64,000 nucleotides of DNA. Origin: an uncultured delta proteobacterium. Its GTDB lineage: Bacteria > Myxococcota_A > UBA9160 > UBA4427. The notes beneath the pieces were generated by a model, which saw only the letters and a list, made by a program, of their open reading frames with translations, was not told where the DNA came from and made no database searches. Below, one piece after another: positions 48,187-58,759 of the stretch. Where the stretch lies: positions 1,824,001-1,888,000 of the forward strand of contig CAWGJT010000005.1 of NCBI GenBank assembly GCA_963822965.1, read 5' to 3'. Every line of letters begins with the position of its first letter. The stretch's first letter is position 1. Position numbers and translations under genes: made by a program.

Positions 48187-50623
48187 ACGCTTCCGCGTGC
48201 GGGGCTGCGGCTTCCGCAGCCTGGCCGTCGCGCTGCTGGCCGCGGCGTGCGCGGGAGCCGGCTGCCACACGCCCACGCCCACCACGGGCTTCGAGCTGCT
48301 GGCGCCCACGGCCCTGCCCGAGCCGACCCCGCCGACGCCCCTGGACCACGCGGTAGCCGATCTCGCCGCAGCCACCCTGGCCGGCTCGACGCCCGAGATC
48401 GACGACGCCCTCGCGCGCGTCGAGGCGCTGCACACCAGGAAGGACATCGAGGAAGCCCGCCGCGAGGGGAGTCCGCCCATGGAGGGGCTCGTGCCCCTGT
48501 GCATCGACGCCCGCAACGCCGCGCTGGACGATCCGGTCGCCTACCGCGCCGCCTCGAAGGAGCTGCTGCATTCGTGGTCGCTGCATCCCGATCCGGCCCT
48601 GAAGGCGCGGCTCGAGCAGGCGGTCGCCGACGACCCCCTGAAGCTCGCGAGCGAGCGCACCTGGGACCACTACGAGAGCCTGTGGGCGACCACCTTCAAC
48701 ACGATCGTGGAGCCCGTGGGCGGCTCGCTCATGTGGGGCGTCGCGATCGCCCCCTTTCGGCTCGCCAACAGCATCACCAACTACCTGGCCAACATGTACT
48801 CGCGTCCCGCCATGAGCGTGCAGGAGCGCCAGGCCCTGGCGCTGCGCAAGCTCTACCTGGCCGAGTATCCCGATGCCTCCGACGCCCCGGCGGTGCGCGA
48901 GAAGGTGAAGAGCCAGCAGGCCGAGCTCGACCGCATGCAGGGCAAGCAGTTCGCCGAGGAGGCCTCCCGGTCGCTGGCGGCCGGCGACCTCGAGCTGGCG
49001 GAGCTGCAGGCGGACCGCGCCCTGCAGGTCGATCCGGACAACGCCGACGCGCGCACGCTGATCGCCGTGGCCCGCAACCGCCGCGAGCAGCTCGAGAAGC
49101 TTCGCGAGCGGAGCGAGCAGGCCAGCCGCGCCCTGCCGGAAGACCTCGAGCCCGGCGCGCTGGACGAGGCGGCTCTGCCGAACGGCGATCACGCCCTGGC
49201 AGACCTCCTCTCTTCGCTCCTCGCCTCCACGAACGTCGGCGAGGCGAGCCACGTGCGCGGCGAACAGGACCCCGCGCGACGCCTCGCGGAGCAGCACCGC
49301 CTCGAGCGTCTCATCGACCAGATGCGCATCCTGCAGAACGCGGACCCGGAAGGGCACCTGGCCGACGAGGCCGAGTACGTGCTGGCCCTCGCCCAGTACG
49401 ACCTGGGCTTCGAGGACGAGAGCTGGAGGAAGCTGCACGACCTCGCCCATGCGGACCCCGAGAGATCGAACATGGAGCGCCACGCCCGGGCGCTCGTCGA
49501 CAACCCCTGGCAGAACACCTACGGCAACTTCGCGCGCCAGCGGCAGCGCGCCACCCGCAAGGACCTCTCCTTCCGGCTCTTCGGCACCCAGGCGTTCGGA
49601 CGGCGCTACCCCGAGCTGCCGTTCGGGCTCTCGTACCTCGTCGAGGCGCCTTCTATCGCCCAGGCCCTGGTGATGGCCCCCATCCGCGCCGTCTTCGGAC
49701 CGTGGGAGCCGCCGGGCCAGGACTTCGACCGGGCGTCGGCCGTCGCCGGCTACCGCTACCTGGCGCGTCAGCCCGAAGGCGGACACGCCGACCGGGTGGC
49801 GCTCTGGCTCTACGACTACGAGCTCGAGCGCAAGAACTGGGTGGCCGCGCTGAACCTCTACGACCTGCAGCCCACGACCGACGACCTGGAGCGCATCACC
49901 CTGGTCGAGAAGGCGGCCGACCAGCAGCTCGCGGCGGCCGACCGCGCCGGGCGGCGCGACTGGCGGGGCTCGATCCTGCGCGGTGTCGTGCGGGAGTTCC
50001 CGGACTCGGACGCGGGCCTGGAGGCGGGCTGGCGCCTGCGGCGCGAGCTCGAGAGCCTCTCGCCCCAGCGCATCCGCGTGACGAAGTCGTTCCTGCTGGA
50101 GAACCCGGACGTCGCCGGGCCCTACGGGCTGGCCCTCAACCCGGTGCTGCTGGACGGCAACCTCCACAACGGCGAGCTGCACCCGACGGGCGTCACGTTC
50201 CTGGGCGGCCAGGTGATGGAGTTCGCGCTCGTCGCCCCGAGCGGCGACGAGGACGACCCGCCGGTGAGCGTGCGGCAGGACGTGACGCCGGAGCGGCTGG
50301 CCCACACCGTCGCCATGCTCGACGAGACGGTGCTGCTGAACGACCAGATCGACGAGGGGGACGCCGTCAGGCCCGACGCCTTCCGCGACTACTACATGGA
50401 GCGCGCCCGCCTGGGGCTCGCCGCCCGGCCGGACATGCGCGCCTCGGCCGAGTCCGACTACGTCTACGAGAGCCTGCGCGAGCAATACGGCATGGTGCGC
50501 GGGCGCGACTCGATCCTGCCGTTCGACCTGGTGTTCCAGGGGTCGCTCTTCGACCTGAGCCTCGGCGCGTTCCCGCGCTGGCGACAGCCGAAGGAGACCC
50601 CCGACGCCTTCCTGTACCGCTAA
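48167..50623 (+). CDS. Large hypothetical lipoprotein with TPR-like segments
   Basis: 818-aa ORF with host codon bias; hydrophobic signal ending AGAGC; ALQVDPDNADA TPR-like motif; start may be GTG 48197. Confidence 0.7.
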   Translation: MNASRSERFRVRGCGFRSLAVALLAAACAGAGCHTPTPTTGFELLAPTALPEPTPPTPLDHAVADLAAATLAGSTPEIDDALARVEALHTRKDIEEARREGSPPMEGLVPLCIDARNAALDDPVAYRAASKELLHSWSLHPDPALKARLEQAVADDPLKLASERTWDHYESLWATTFNTIVEPVGGSLMWGVAIAPFRLANSITNYLANMYSRPAMSVQERQALALRKLYLAEYPDASDAPAVREKVKSQQAELDRMQGKQFAEEASRSLAAGDLELAELQADRALQVDPDNADARTLIAVARNRREQLEKLRERSEQASRALPEDLEPGALDEAALPNGDHALADLLSSLLASTNVGEASHVRGEQDPARRLAEQHRLERLIDQMRILQNADPEGHLADEAEYVLALAQYDLGFEDESWRKLHDLAHADPERSNMERHARALVDNPWQNTYGNFARQRQRATRKDLSFRLFGTQAFGRRYPELPFGLSYLVEAPSIAQALVMAPIRAVFGPWEPPGQDFDRASAVAGYRYLARQPEGGHADRVALWLYDYELERKNWVAALNLYDLQPTTDDLERITLVEKAADQQLAAADRAGRRDWRGSILRGVVREFPDSDAGLEAGWRLRRELESLSPQRIRVTKSFLLENPDVAGPYGLALNPVLLDGNLHNGELHPTGVTFLGGQVMEFALVAPSGDEDDPPVSVRQDVTPERLAHTVAMLDETVLLNDQIDEGDAVRPDAFRDYYMERARLGLAARPDMRASAESDYVYESLREQYGMVRGRDSILPFDLVFQGSLFDLSLGAFPRWRQPKETPDAFLYR

Positions 50624-50627
50624 CAGC

Positions 50628-50691
50628 GCGACCCAGGACGAAGGCCTGGGTCGCGGTTCACCGCAAGGGGAGCCCAACGAGCTCCCTCAGC
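50628..50691. repeat. Dispersed two-hairpin intergenic repeat, family B copy 2
   Basis: GCGACCCAGG-ACGAAGG-CCTGGGTCGC plus GGGAGC-CCAACGA-GCTCCC; inverted relative of 11447-11502. Confidence 0.65.
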
Positions 50692-50725
50692 CAACCGGCC
50701 ATCCGGCCTCCGAGGAGGACCACCC

Positions 50726-51196
50726 GTGCCCCCGATCGCTCGCGTCGTGCTCGCCCTTGTCGTGCTCGCGCTCGTCATCCAGATCGTGCCGTACGGACGC
50801 GATCACCAGAACCCGCCGGTGAAGGCGGAGCCTCAGTGGGACAGCCCCCGCACGCGCGAGCTCTTCTTCCGCACCTGCAAGGACTGCCACAGCAACGAGA
50901 CCGAGTGGCCGTGGTACAGCGTCGTCGCGCCGGCCTCCTGGCTCGTGTGGCACGACGTGGACGAAGGGCGCGAGCACTTCGACGTCTCGGAGTGGGGCCG
51001 CCGCAAGAACCACGGCGACGAGGCGGCGAAGATGGTGCGCGAGGACGAGATGCCGCCGTGGTTCTACCTGCCCCTCCACCCGGAGGCCCAGCTCACCAGC
51101 GCCGAGCGGAAGGAGCTGCTGACCGGCCTCGTGGCCACCTTCGGAGACGAGGAGGCGGAGAAGGCCGAGAAGGCCGCACGCGCCCCGGGCTCCTGA
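50726..51196 (+). CDS. Haem-binding domain (cytochrome c-type) protein
   Basis: [14 protein letters not shown] and EMPPWFY..H motifs. Confidence 0.88.
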   Translation: MPPIARVVLALVVLALVIQIVPYGRDHQNPPVKAEPQWDSPRTRELFFRTCKDCHSNETEWPWYSVVAPASWLVWHDVDEGREHFDVSEWGRRKNHGDEAAKMVREDEMPPWFYLPLHPEAQLTSAERKELLTGLVATFGDEEAEKAEKAARAPGS

Positions 51197-51223
51197 GCCC
51201 GCGCGGCGGTTCGGGAGACCGGG

Positions 51224-52505
51224 TCAGCCCTCGGCACCCTCGCGGTAGGCGGCGTCGAGGATCTCGACCGGGTGCAGCACCCGGGCACGCAGGCCTCGCT
51301 GCCGGACGCCGCTCGTGATCTGCATCAGGCAGCCCGGGTTGCCGGTGGCGATCACGTCGGGGTCGGCCGCCGCCAGCGCGTCCATCTTCTCGGCCAGCAC
51401 CCGCCGCGACATCTCGGGCTGGGTCAGGTTGTAGGTGCCGGCCGCGCCGCAGCAGCGGCTGGCGTTCGCGTGGGCGACGAGCTCGAGGCCTTCGATCTTC
51501 GAGAGCAGGCGCCGCGGTGCGGCCTCCACGCCCTGGCCGTGCACGAGGTGGCACGGATCGTCGTAACACACCCGCGCCGGGAAGCGTCCGTCGGGTGCCC
51601 GGAGACCCACCTCGTCGAGGAACTCGCAGACGTCGCGCACCCGCGCCGCCATGCCGTCGCCCTCTCCCGGGATCCAGCGATGGGCCTCTCGCATGGCGGC
51701 GCCGCAGCCCGCCGAGTCGAGGATGATGGCGTCGAAGGGCAGGTCGGCGGCCAGGGCGTCGAACACCCGGGCGTTGCCGCGGGCGAGGTCCCGCGCCGCG
51801 TCCAGGTCGCCCGCGTGGGCGTGGAGCGCGCCGCAGCAGCCCTGATCCCGGGGCACCAGCACGTCGAATCCGTTGGCGGCCAGCACCCGCACGCTGGCCT
51901 GCTGGACCGGCGCGAACACCTCGGACATGAGGCAGCCCGTGAAGAAGGCCACCCGGCCGCGGCGTTCGCCCAGCGCGGGCGTCCGCTCGGGCAGCCGCGC
52001 CCGAGACGCGCCACTCGGGATCGGGGGCATCAGCGCGTAGGCCTCTCGCAGCGACCGGGGCAGCAGGCGCAGCGCCAGCCGGTCGAGTCCGAGCCGCTGC
52101 GCGAAGCCCAGGAGCGACACGACGGCCCGCAGCCTGCCCCGGTGAGCCACCACGTGGCGCAGCAGCCCGCGCTCGAGGCGCGCCGCGAGCCCCTGCCGGG
52201 CGCCCGCCTCCTGCAGGGCCGCGCGGGTGTCCTCGAGCATGGCGCCGTAGGGCACGCCGGCCGGGCAGGCCGTCTCGCACGCGCGGCAGCCGAGACACAG
52301 GTGCGCCTCTTCGGCGAGCAGCCCCGTCAGCTCGACGCGGCCTTCCGCGGCGCCGCGCATCAGGTAGACGCGGCCGCGGGGCGACGACGTCTCGCGCCCC
52401 GTCGCGAGATAGGTGGGACAGGAGGTGAGGCACAGCCCGCAGTGCACGCAATCGAGGGTGCCCGTGTAGATCTCGTCGAGGGGGCTGGCATCGGCGTTCG
52501 CTCAC
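51224..52505 (-). CDS. glcF: Glycolate oxidase Fe-S subunit; start disrupted by a probable 1-nt indel
   Basis: CVHCGLCLTSCP, CLGCRACETACP, two CCG motifs and NPGC; no in-frame start before the first Cys motif. Confidence 0.88.
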
Positions 52506-53761
52506 AGGCGGCCCTGGAAGCGTCCCGGGTTGAGGATGCCCCGGGGATCGAAGCGCTGCTTGAGGGAGCGCGAGAGGGGAAGCGCGGCGCCGGGATCGCC
52601 GAAGACGTCCCGCCCGTGTCGCTCGGCCTCCGGCAGCGCCTCGAAGACCACGTCGGCCTGGGCGGCGGCCGCCGCCGCGTCGATGGCCGCGAGGGCGGCG
52701 GCAGGCTCGCCGGACTCGTCCCCGACCGCGTAGACGAGGCCCGGTCCGGGATACGCGACGGTCCCGAGGCCGGCGGCGACGAGCGGCGCGCACAGTGCCT
52801 CGAGCCGCGTGGGCAGGACGGCCAGGCGCGCGCGCAGCGACCCGGACGCCTGCAGGTCGCGCAGGCGTCCCACGAGTCGCGACGCTTCGGAAACCGGGCG
52901 CGCGCCGGACTCCGCCTGCAGCCAGTCGCCGTCCTGGGCGACCGCCGGCGCGTCGCCCGCATACTCGGCGACGAGCACCCGCGCGGGGGCGGTTCCGGCC
53001 GGGGCACCCAGCCGCTCGGCGGGCGCCCCCGTCACCAGCGCGACGGCGCGCGCCGAGCTCCGGCGCGACGCCTCGAGGGCCACACGAAGGCTCTCTTCCG
53101 GGCTCACGCCCGCCAGCAGCGCCACCCAGGTGCGCGTCTCCGCGGGACGCGGCCGCAGCCGCAGCCAGGCCGACTCGATCACACCCAGGGCCCCGAGCGA
53201 TCCCGCGTAGAGCTTCGCCATGTCGTAGCCGGTGACGTTCTTCACCACGCGCCCCCCGCAGCGGGTGCGCTCGCCCGAGGCCAGCACCACGGTGAGACCC
53301 AGGATGCAGTCCCGCGGCGGGCCGAAGCGGAGCCGACGCGGTCCCGTGGCGGCGGTCGCCAGGGCGCCCCCGACGGTGGTCGTCGCGCCCGGCGGATCCA
53401 GGGGGAGCTCCCAGCCGGCCGGCGCCACCGCCGCCTCGACCGCCGCCAGCGTCGTCCCGGCGCCCACGTTCACCACGCCGTCCTGGGCGTCCAGCTCGCG
53501 GATGCCCGCGAGCCCCTCGGTGGAGAGCAGGGTCTCGACGCCGTCGCGCGGCGGGTTTCCGAACTGCATGCGGGTGCCGCCCCCGCGCACGAGCACCGGC
53601 CGGCCCCGTTCGTCCAGGGCGGCCAGCACCCGGCCGAGCTCGTCGCCGTCCCGCGGCCGCAGGGTGGCGCGCACCGTCGCGCCGGCGACCGGCTGCGGCT
53701 CGTGCAACGAGACGATCTCCGCACCGAGGGCGGCCAGCAGGGCGTCGCCGGAGTCGCTCAT
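52502..53761 (-). CDS. glcE: Glycolate oxidase FAD-binding subunit
   Basis: RGGGT, GGRVVKNVTGYDMAKL.GS.G.LG and FDPRGILNPG motifs. Confidence 0.88.
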   Translation of the reverse strand: MSDSGDALLAALGAEIVSLHEPQPVAGATVRATLRPRDGDELGRVLAALDERGRPVLVRGGGTRMQFGNPPRDGVETLLSTEGLAGIRELDAQDGVVNVGAGTTLAAVEAAVAPAGWELPLDPPGATTTVGGALATAATGPRRLRFGPPRDCILGLTVVLASGERTRCGGRVVKNVTGYDMAKLYAGSLGALGVIESAWLRLRPRPAETRTWVALLAGVSPEESLRVALEASRRSSARAVALVTGAPAERLGAPAGTAPARVLVAEYAGDAPAVAQDGDWLQAESGARPVSEASRLVGRLRDLQASGSLRARLAVLPTRLEALCAPLVAAGLGTVAYPGPGLVYAVGDESGEPAAALAAIDAAAAAAQADVVFEALPEAERHGRDVFGDPGAALPLSRSLKQRFDPRGILNPGRFQGRL

Positions 53762-53876
53762 CGCGCGTTCGGCCGGGGGCTCGGGGACGCGCTCTCGGGG
53801 GCGGCCCAGCGCGAGCAGCGGCAGGCGGCCGAAGACGTGCGGCGGCAGGCGACCGAAGACGTGCGGCGGCGGGCGC

Positions 53877-55371
53877 TCATGCCAGGGGCACCCGGTCGTA
53901 GCCCCGGGCCTTCGGGTTCGACTCGGCGCAGAAGCGGGTCGTGGGAAAGGCCTTGCCGGGATTGCACACGAGGTCCGGGTCGAAGGCCGCGCGCAGCCGG
54001 CGCATGGCGTCGAGATCCGCCTCGTCGAAGACGAGCGGTAGGAAGTCGCGCTTCTCGACGCCCACGCCGTGCTCGCCGGTGATGACGCCGCCCGCCGCCA
54101 CACAGGTCTCGAGGATCTCGGCGCCCGCCCGCAGCACGCGCGCCAGCTCGTCTTCGTCGCGCCGGTCGAACGAGATGTTCGGGTGCAGGTTGCCGTCGCC
54201 GGCGTGGAAGACGTTCGACAGCCGCAGCCGGTGGCGGTCCGCAATCTCGCACACCTTCGCGATCACCTCGGGCAGCCTGGCGCGCGGCACCACCGCGTCG
54301 TGGACGTAGAGATCCGGCGCCAGGCGACCCATGGCGCCGAAGGCTCCCTTGCGGGCCTTCCAGAAGAGGGTGCGCTCGGCGGCGTCCCGGGCGACGCGCA
54401 CGTCGCTCGCCCGGTTGCGCCCGGCGATCTCGCGGATGCGGTCCACCTGCCCCTTCAGCGCGCAGGCCGCCCCGTCGAGCTCGGCGATGAGCACCGCGCC
54501 CGCGTCGCGCGGGAGACCCGCCGCGTAGACGCTGTCCTCCACGGCCGCGATGGTGCGCTGGTCCAGGATCTCCATCGCCGCGGGCACCAGCCCGCTGCCG
54601 ATCACCTCGCCCACGGCGTGGCAGGCGCTCACCACGTCCGGGAACACCAGCAGCAGCGTCTCGACGGCTTCCGGCGTCTGGCGTGAGCCGCACGGTCACC
54701 TCGGTCACGATGCCCAGGGTTCCCTCGCTGCCCACGAACGCGCCCACGAGATCGAAGCCGGGGCTGGCGCCGGTCTTCGATCCCAGCCGCAGCACCTCGC
54801 CGTCGGGCATCACCACCTCGACCGCGAGCACGTGGTTCGTGGTGGCGCCGTACTTGAGCGTGTGGGGGCCGCCCGAGTTCTCGGCCACGTTGCCGCCGAT
54901 CGTGCAGGCGAGCTGGCTCGAGGGGTCCGGGGCGTAGAAGAGCCCATGGTGCGCGACGGCGACCGACAGGTCCGCGTTCACCACCCCGGGCTGAACCACC
55001 GCGATGCGGTTCGCGGCGTCCACCTCGAGGATGCGCTTCATGCGCGAGCACTCGACGACGACGCTCCCGGGCACCGGATGCGCGCCCCCCGAGAGCCCCG
55101 TCCCGGCGCCGCGCGGCACGAAGGGCCGACCCGCTTCGCGGCACGCCCGCACCACGGCGGCCACCTGCTCGGTGGTGCGCGGCAGCACCACCAGGCTCGG
55201 CCGGCAGGCCTCGAGGGTGAGGCCGTCGCACTCGTAGACGAACAGCTCGTCGTCCCGGGCCAGCACGCCGTCGGCCCCGACGATCGCGCGGAGCCGCGCC
55301 GCCAGCGCGGCGTCGGCCCGAGCGGCGGACGCCGGCTCGGAGGAGGAATTCGTGCCGGCCGCCCCGGTCAT
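53877..55371 (-). CDS. glcD: Glycolate oxidase subunit with a frameshift near 54680
   Basis: PRGAGTGLSGG, APDPSSQ, KYG and GSEGTLG, then HAGDGNLHP and GEHGVGVEK in a second frame. Confidence 0.9.
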
Positions 55372-55381
55372 CCGGCCCGCC

Positions 55382-56422
55382 TCAGGCGAGACCGAGCCTC
55401 TCGAGGTCGTCCTCGTCGAGGCCCAGGTAGTGACCCACCTCGTGACGCACGGTGACCTGGATCTGGTCGATCAGGTCTTCGCGGTCCTGGCAGATCTTCT
55501 CGAGGTTCTTCTTGAAGAGGAGGATGCGGTCGAGGTCGGGCATCTGGTCGGTGACCGAGGCCTGGGTGCGCGGAACGCCCAGGAAGAGCCCCAGGATCTG
55601 GGGCGAGACGTCCTCGCGCTGCACGAGATCGAGGGACGGAAAGTCCTCCACCAGCACCGGCACGTTCTGCATGGTGTCGCGCACGGACTTGGGCAGGTTC
55701 GCCAGCGCCTCGTTCATCACGTCCTGGAAGAACTCCTCGGACACCTCGGCGGGCAGCGGGTAGTGCTGGGGGTCGAGGGCGTTCGCGCGCGCGAAGCAGC
55801 GGGCGGCCTCTTCGGCGTCGCCCACCCGCTCGAGCACCAGCCCGTAGTGGTAGACCGCGTGGGGCGCGTCGGGATCGATGGCGACGGCGTGCTCGAGCAC
55901 CCGCTGCGCTTCGGGGTAGCGACCGAGCTCGAAGAGCACCTGCCCCTCGAAGGCGCTGTAGATGGGCTGGTCGCCGGCGGCCTTGAGGGCGCGGCGCACC
56001 AGGAACACGGCGCCCTCGAGGTCGTCGAGGTAGAAGAGCGCCTTCGACTTCAGGTAGTAGACCTCGGCCTGGAGCGAGCGGTCGGGGCGGGGCAGCTCGG
56101 AGCGGCCGGTGAGGAGGTCGTCGCACAGCTCGAGCGCCAGCTCGAACTCGCCCAGCTCCTCGATCAGGAGCTCCACCCGGTTCAGGTGCGCGGCGGTGAA
56201 CTTGGGGTCGGTGCGGGCGGCGTTCTCGAACTCGAAGAGGGCCTCGTCGATGCGGCCCTCGTCCCACAAGATCTCGCCGCGCCCGTTGTGGGCTTCGGCT
56301 CCGCCCGGGTGAACCCGCAGCGCCTCGTCGAGCCAGGCCAGGGCCTCCTCGATCCGGCCGCCGTGGGAAGCCTCCATGGCCTGGTCCAGACAGTCCCAGT
56401 AGCGGTCCTTGTCGTTCTTCAT
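55382..56422 (-). CDS. TPR repeat protein with C-terminal zincin-like metallopeptidase domain
   Basis: Multiple TPRs; ILGLFLG and VRHEVGHYLGLDEDDL (HExxH). Confidence 0.88.
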   Translation of the reverse strand: MKNDKDRYWDCLDQAMEASHGGRIEEALAWLDEALRVHPGGAEAHNGRGEILWDEGRIDEALFEFENAARTDPKFTAAHLNRVELLIEELGEFELALELCDDLLTGRSELPRPDRSLQAEVYYLKSKALFYLDDLEGAVFLVRRALKAAGDQPIYSAFEGQVLFELGRYPEAQRVLEHAVAIDPDAPHAVYHYGLVLERVGDAEEAARCFARANALDPQHYPLPAEVSEEFFQDVMNEALANLPKSVRDTMQNVPVLVEDFPSLDLVQREDVSPQILGLFLGVPRTQASVTDQMPDLDRILLFKKNLEKICQDREDLIDQIQVTVRHEVGHYLGLDEDDLERLGLA

Positions 56423-56641
56423 CGCCTCTTCACCGCTTCCCGCTTCCCGCTGCGGCGGACGACCGCTGCTTGCGGCACTGCTCGGGCAGGCCCCGGGAAG
56501 CGGGTCCGTGTGGCCGGCCGATGGTAGCAGCCCGGGGGTCCCCCTGCCTCCGGGGGACGAGCGCGCAAGTACGGGAATCCCATCGCGTTTCGTGGCGTCT
56601 GGTTGACTCGGAGCCGCGCGCTGGGAGAGGATGGCGCGCTC

Positions 56642-57967
56642 ATGGCAGCGACCGATCCCGACGAGGCGGCCGGCACCCCGGAGCCCGCGCCGAGCCCCGG
56701 CTACGCTCGCTATGCGCTCGGCCTGCTGCTCTTCGTCTACATCTTCAACTTCATCGACCGGCAGATCCTCTCCATCCTGATCGAGTCGATCAAGGCGGAG
56801 ATCCCCCTCACGGACACCGAGCTCGGCTTCCTGGGCGGCATCGCCTTCGCGATCTTCTACACGTTCGCCGGCATTCCCATCGCCCGCTGGGCCGACCGCG
56901 GCTCCCGGGTGTCGATCATCGCCCTGAGCGTCGTCATCTGGAGCGGCATGACGGCCCTGACGGGGGCGGCGCGGAGCTTCGGCGTGCTGCTGCTGGCACG
57001 CGTGGGGGTGGGAATCGGGGAGGCGGGCTGCTCGCCGCCCGCCCACTCGCTCTTGGCAGACTACTTCCCGCCCGAGCGCCGGGGCACTGCCCTCTCGATC
57101 TATGCCCTGGGCATCCCCCTCGGCGGAGCCTTCGGCAACCTGATCGGCGCCTGGGTGGCGAGCTGGTTCGGCTGGCGGATGGCGTTCGTCGCGGTGGGCG
57201 TGCCCGGGTTGCTGATCGCGTTGCTCGTGCGCCTCACCCTGCGCGAGCCCGTGCGCGGACAATCCGAGGTGCCGGTGCGGGGCGTCCGGGCCCCCCTCCA
57301 GGCGAGCGAGACCACGTGGCAGGTGCTGCGCTTCATGGCGCGGCTGCGCGCCTTCGTGCACCTCTCGCTGGCGGGCGCGCTGCACGCCTTCGTGGGCTAC
57401 GGCGCGGCCTACTTCCTGCCGTCGTTCTTCGCGCGGGTACACCACATGGGGCTCGCCGAGCGCGGCTCGTGGCTGGCGGGGCTGGCGCTGATCGGCGCGG
57501 TCGGCACCTACCTGGGCGGGTCGCTCAGCGACCGGCTCGGCCGGCGCGACGTGCGCTGGTACATGTGGGTGCCGGCGATCGCCACCCTGGCCGGGGTTCC
57601 CATCGCGCTCGGCTACTACCTCGTTCCCGACGTCTACGTGGCCCTCTCCATCGGCGTGCTCGCGAGCATCGCCGGTCCCATGTACCTGGGCCCCTCCTTC
57701 GCCATGACCCAGACCCTCGTGCGGCCCCACATGCGAGCCATGGCCTCGGCGATCCTGCTCTTCATCATCAACCTGATCGGCCTCGGGCTCGGCCCGTGGT
57801 TCGTGGGCTACACGAGCGACGCGCTTGCCCCCCGCTTCGGCGACGAGTCGCTCCGCTACGCGCTGGTGAGCATCGTTTCACTGGGGAACGCGTGGGCTGC
57901 CGCCCACTACTTCCTGGCCGCCAGGACCCTGAAGGCGGACCTGGCAGTGAAGGACGCTGTCGACTGA
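56642..57967 (+). CDS. MFS transporter (spinster-like)
   Basis: FNFIDRQIL, ARWADRGSR and VGIGEAGCSPPAHSLLADYF motifs. Confidence 0.92.
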   Translation: MAATDPDEAAGTPEPAPSPGYARYALGLLLFVYIFNFIDRQILSILIESIKAEIPLTDTELGFLGGIAFAIFYTFAGIPIARWADRGSRVSIIALSVVIWSGMTALTGAARSFGVLLLARVGVGIGEAGCSPPAHSLLADYFPPERRGTALSIYALGIPLGGAFGNLIGAWVASWFGWRMAFVAVGVPGLLIALLVRLTLREPVRGQSEVPVRGVRAPLQASETTWQVLRFMARLRAFVHLSLAGALHAFVGYGAAYFLPSFFARVHHMGLAERGSWLAGLALIGAVGTYLGGSLSDRLGRRDVRWYMWVPAIATLAGVPIALGYYLVPDVYVALSIGVLASIAGPMYLGPSFAMTQTLVRPHMRAMASAILLFIINLIGLGLGPWFVGYTSDALAPRFGDESLRYALVSIVSLGNAWAAAHYFLAARTLKADLAVKDAVD

Positions 57968-58276
57968 TGCTGTCGACGGAGGGCCCACTCGGGCGGCAGC
58001 CGCGACACGACCGGATCCGTCGCGGGACGCCGGGCGGCCAGCCGGCGAGCGCGGCCGGCGATCGGTCGACGGGGATGACAGTGCAGTGACATGTTTCGGC
58101 GTTTCTCGCCTGCGAGTTGCCCGCTGGTTCTAGAAAGCGTGCACCGCGTGTGCTAACTCTGTGTCCGGATGGTCCACGGAATGATCATCCACCCAATGTC
58201 TCCAAGAAGTGCAAGGCGAACACGGCAACACGAAGAAGTTGAAGGGGCCAAGACAGTCCCGCATCCTGCTGGTCCC

Positions 58277-58313
58277 CAAGAGCCCGCTCCTCGGAGCGGG
58301 CTCTTGCATTCTT
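58277..58313 (+). terminator. Intrinsic-terminator-like hairpin
   Basis: CAAGAGCCCGCTCC-TC-GGAGCGGGCTCTTG followed by CATTCTT. Confidence 0.55.
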
Positions 58314-58560
58314 ATGTGTCGTGACCGGGTTGCCGCCCAATGGGGGCTTCGTCGACTCGCGGGCGCCGTGCTCCCCTCATATGTGTCGTGACAGGGTTGC
58401 CGCCCAATGGAGGCTTCGTCGACTCGCGGGCACCGTGCTCCCCTCGTATGTGTCGTGACCGGGTTGCCGCCCAATGGGGGCTTCGTCGACTCGCGGGCGC
58501 CGTGCTCCCCTCGTATGAGTCGTGACCGGGTTGCCGCCCAATGGGGGCTTCGTCGACTCG
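58313..58560. repeat. 67-bp tandem repeat, 3 copies plus a 47-bp partial
   Basis: Unit starts at 58313, 58380, 58447 and 58514; only a few substitutions. Confidence 0.95.
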
Positions 58561-58759
58561 TCCAGTTCAGCTCGCCATGTCCCGACAGAACTCTGCGACG
58601 ACGAGCGCCACCCAGACTCCGGTCAATACCTTCCCGAGCGCAACGCATCGCCGAAGGAGATCCCAATAGCGGGGCGAGAGGCCGTGCTCGGTACAAATCT
58701 CCTTGTACTTCAGCACCCAGCCCCAATCTCCAGCGTAGCGCCAACCGCGAGAGTACGGA

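Noticed and set aside
58313..58560. CRISPR array or attC cluster (contains GCCGCCCAA, like the attC R'' context)
   Set aside because: Whole units are near-identical, with no unique spacers, no AAC/GTT box pair and no long palindrome.
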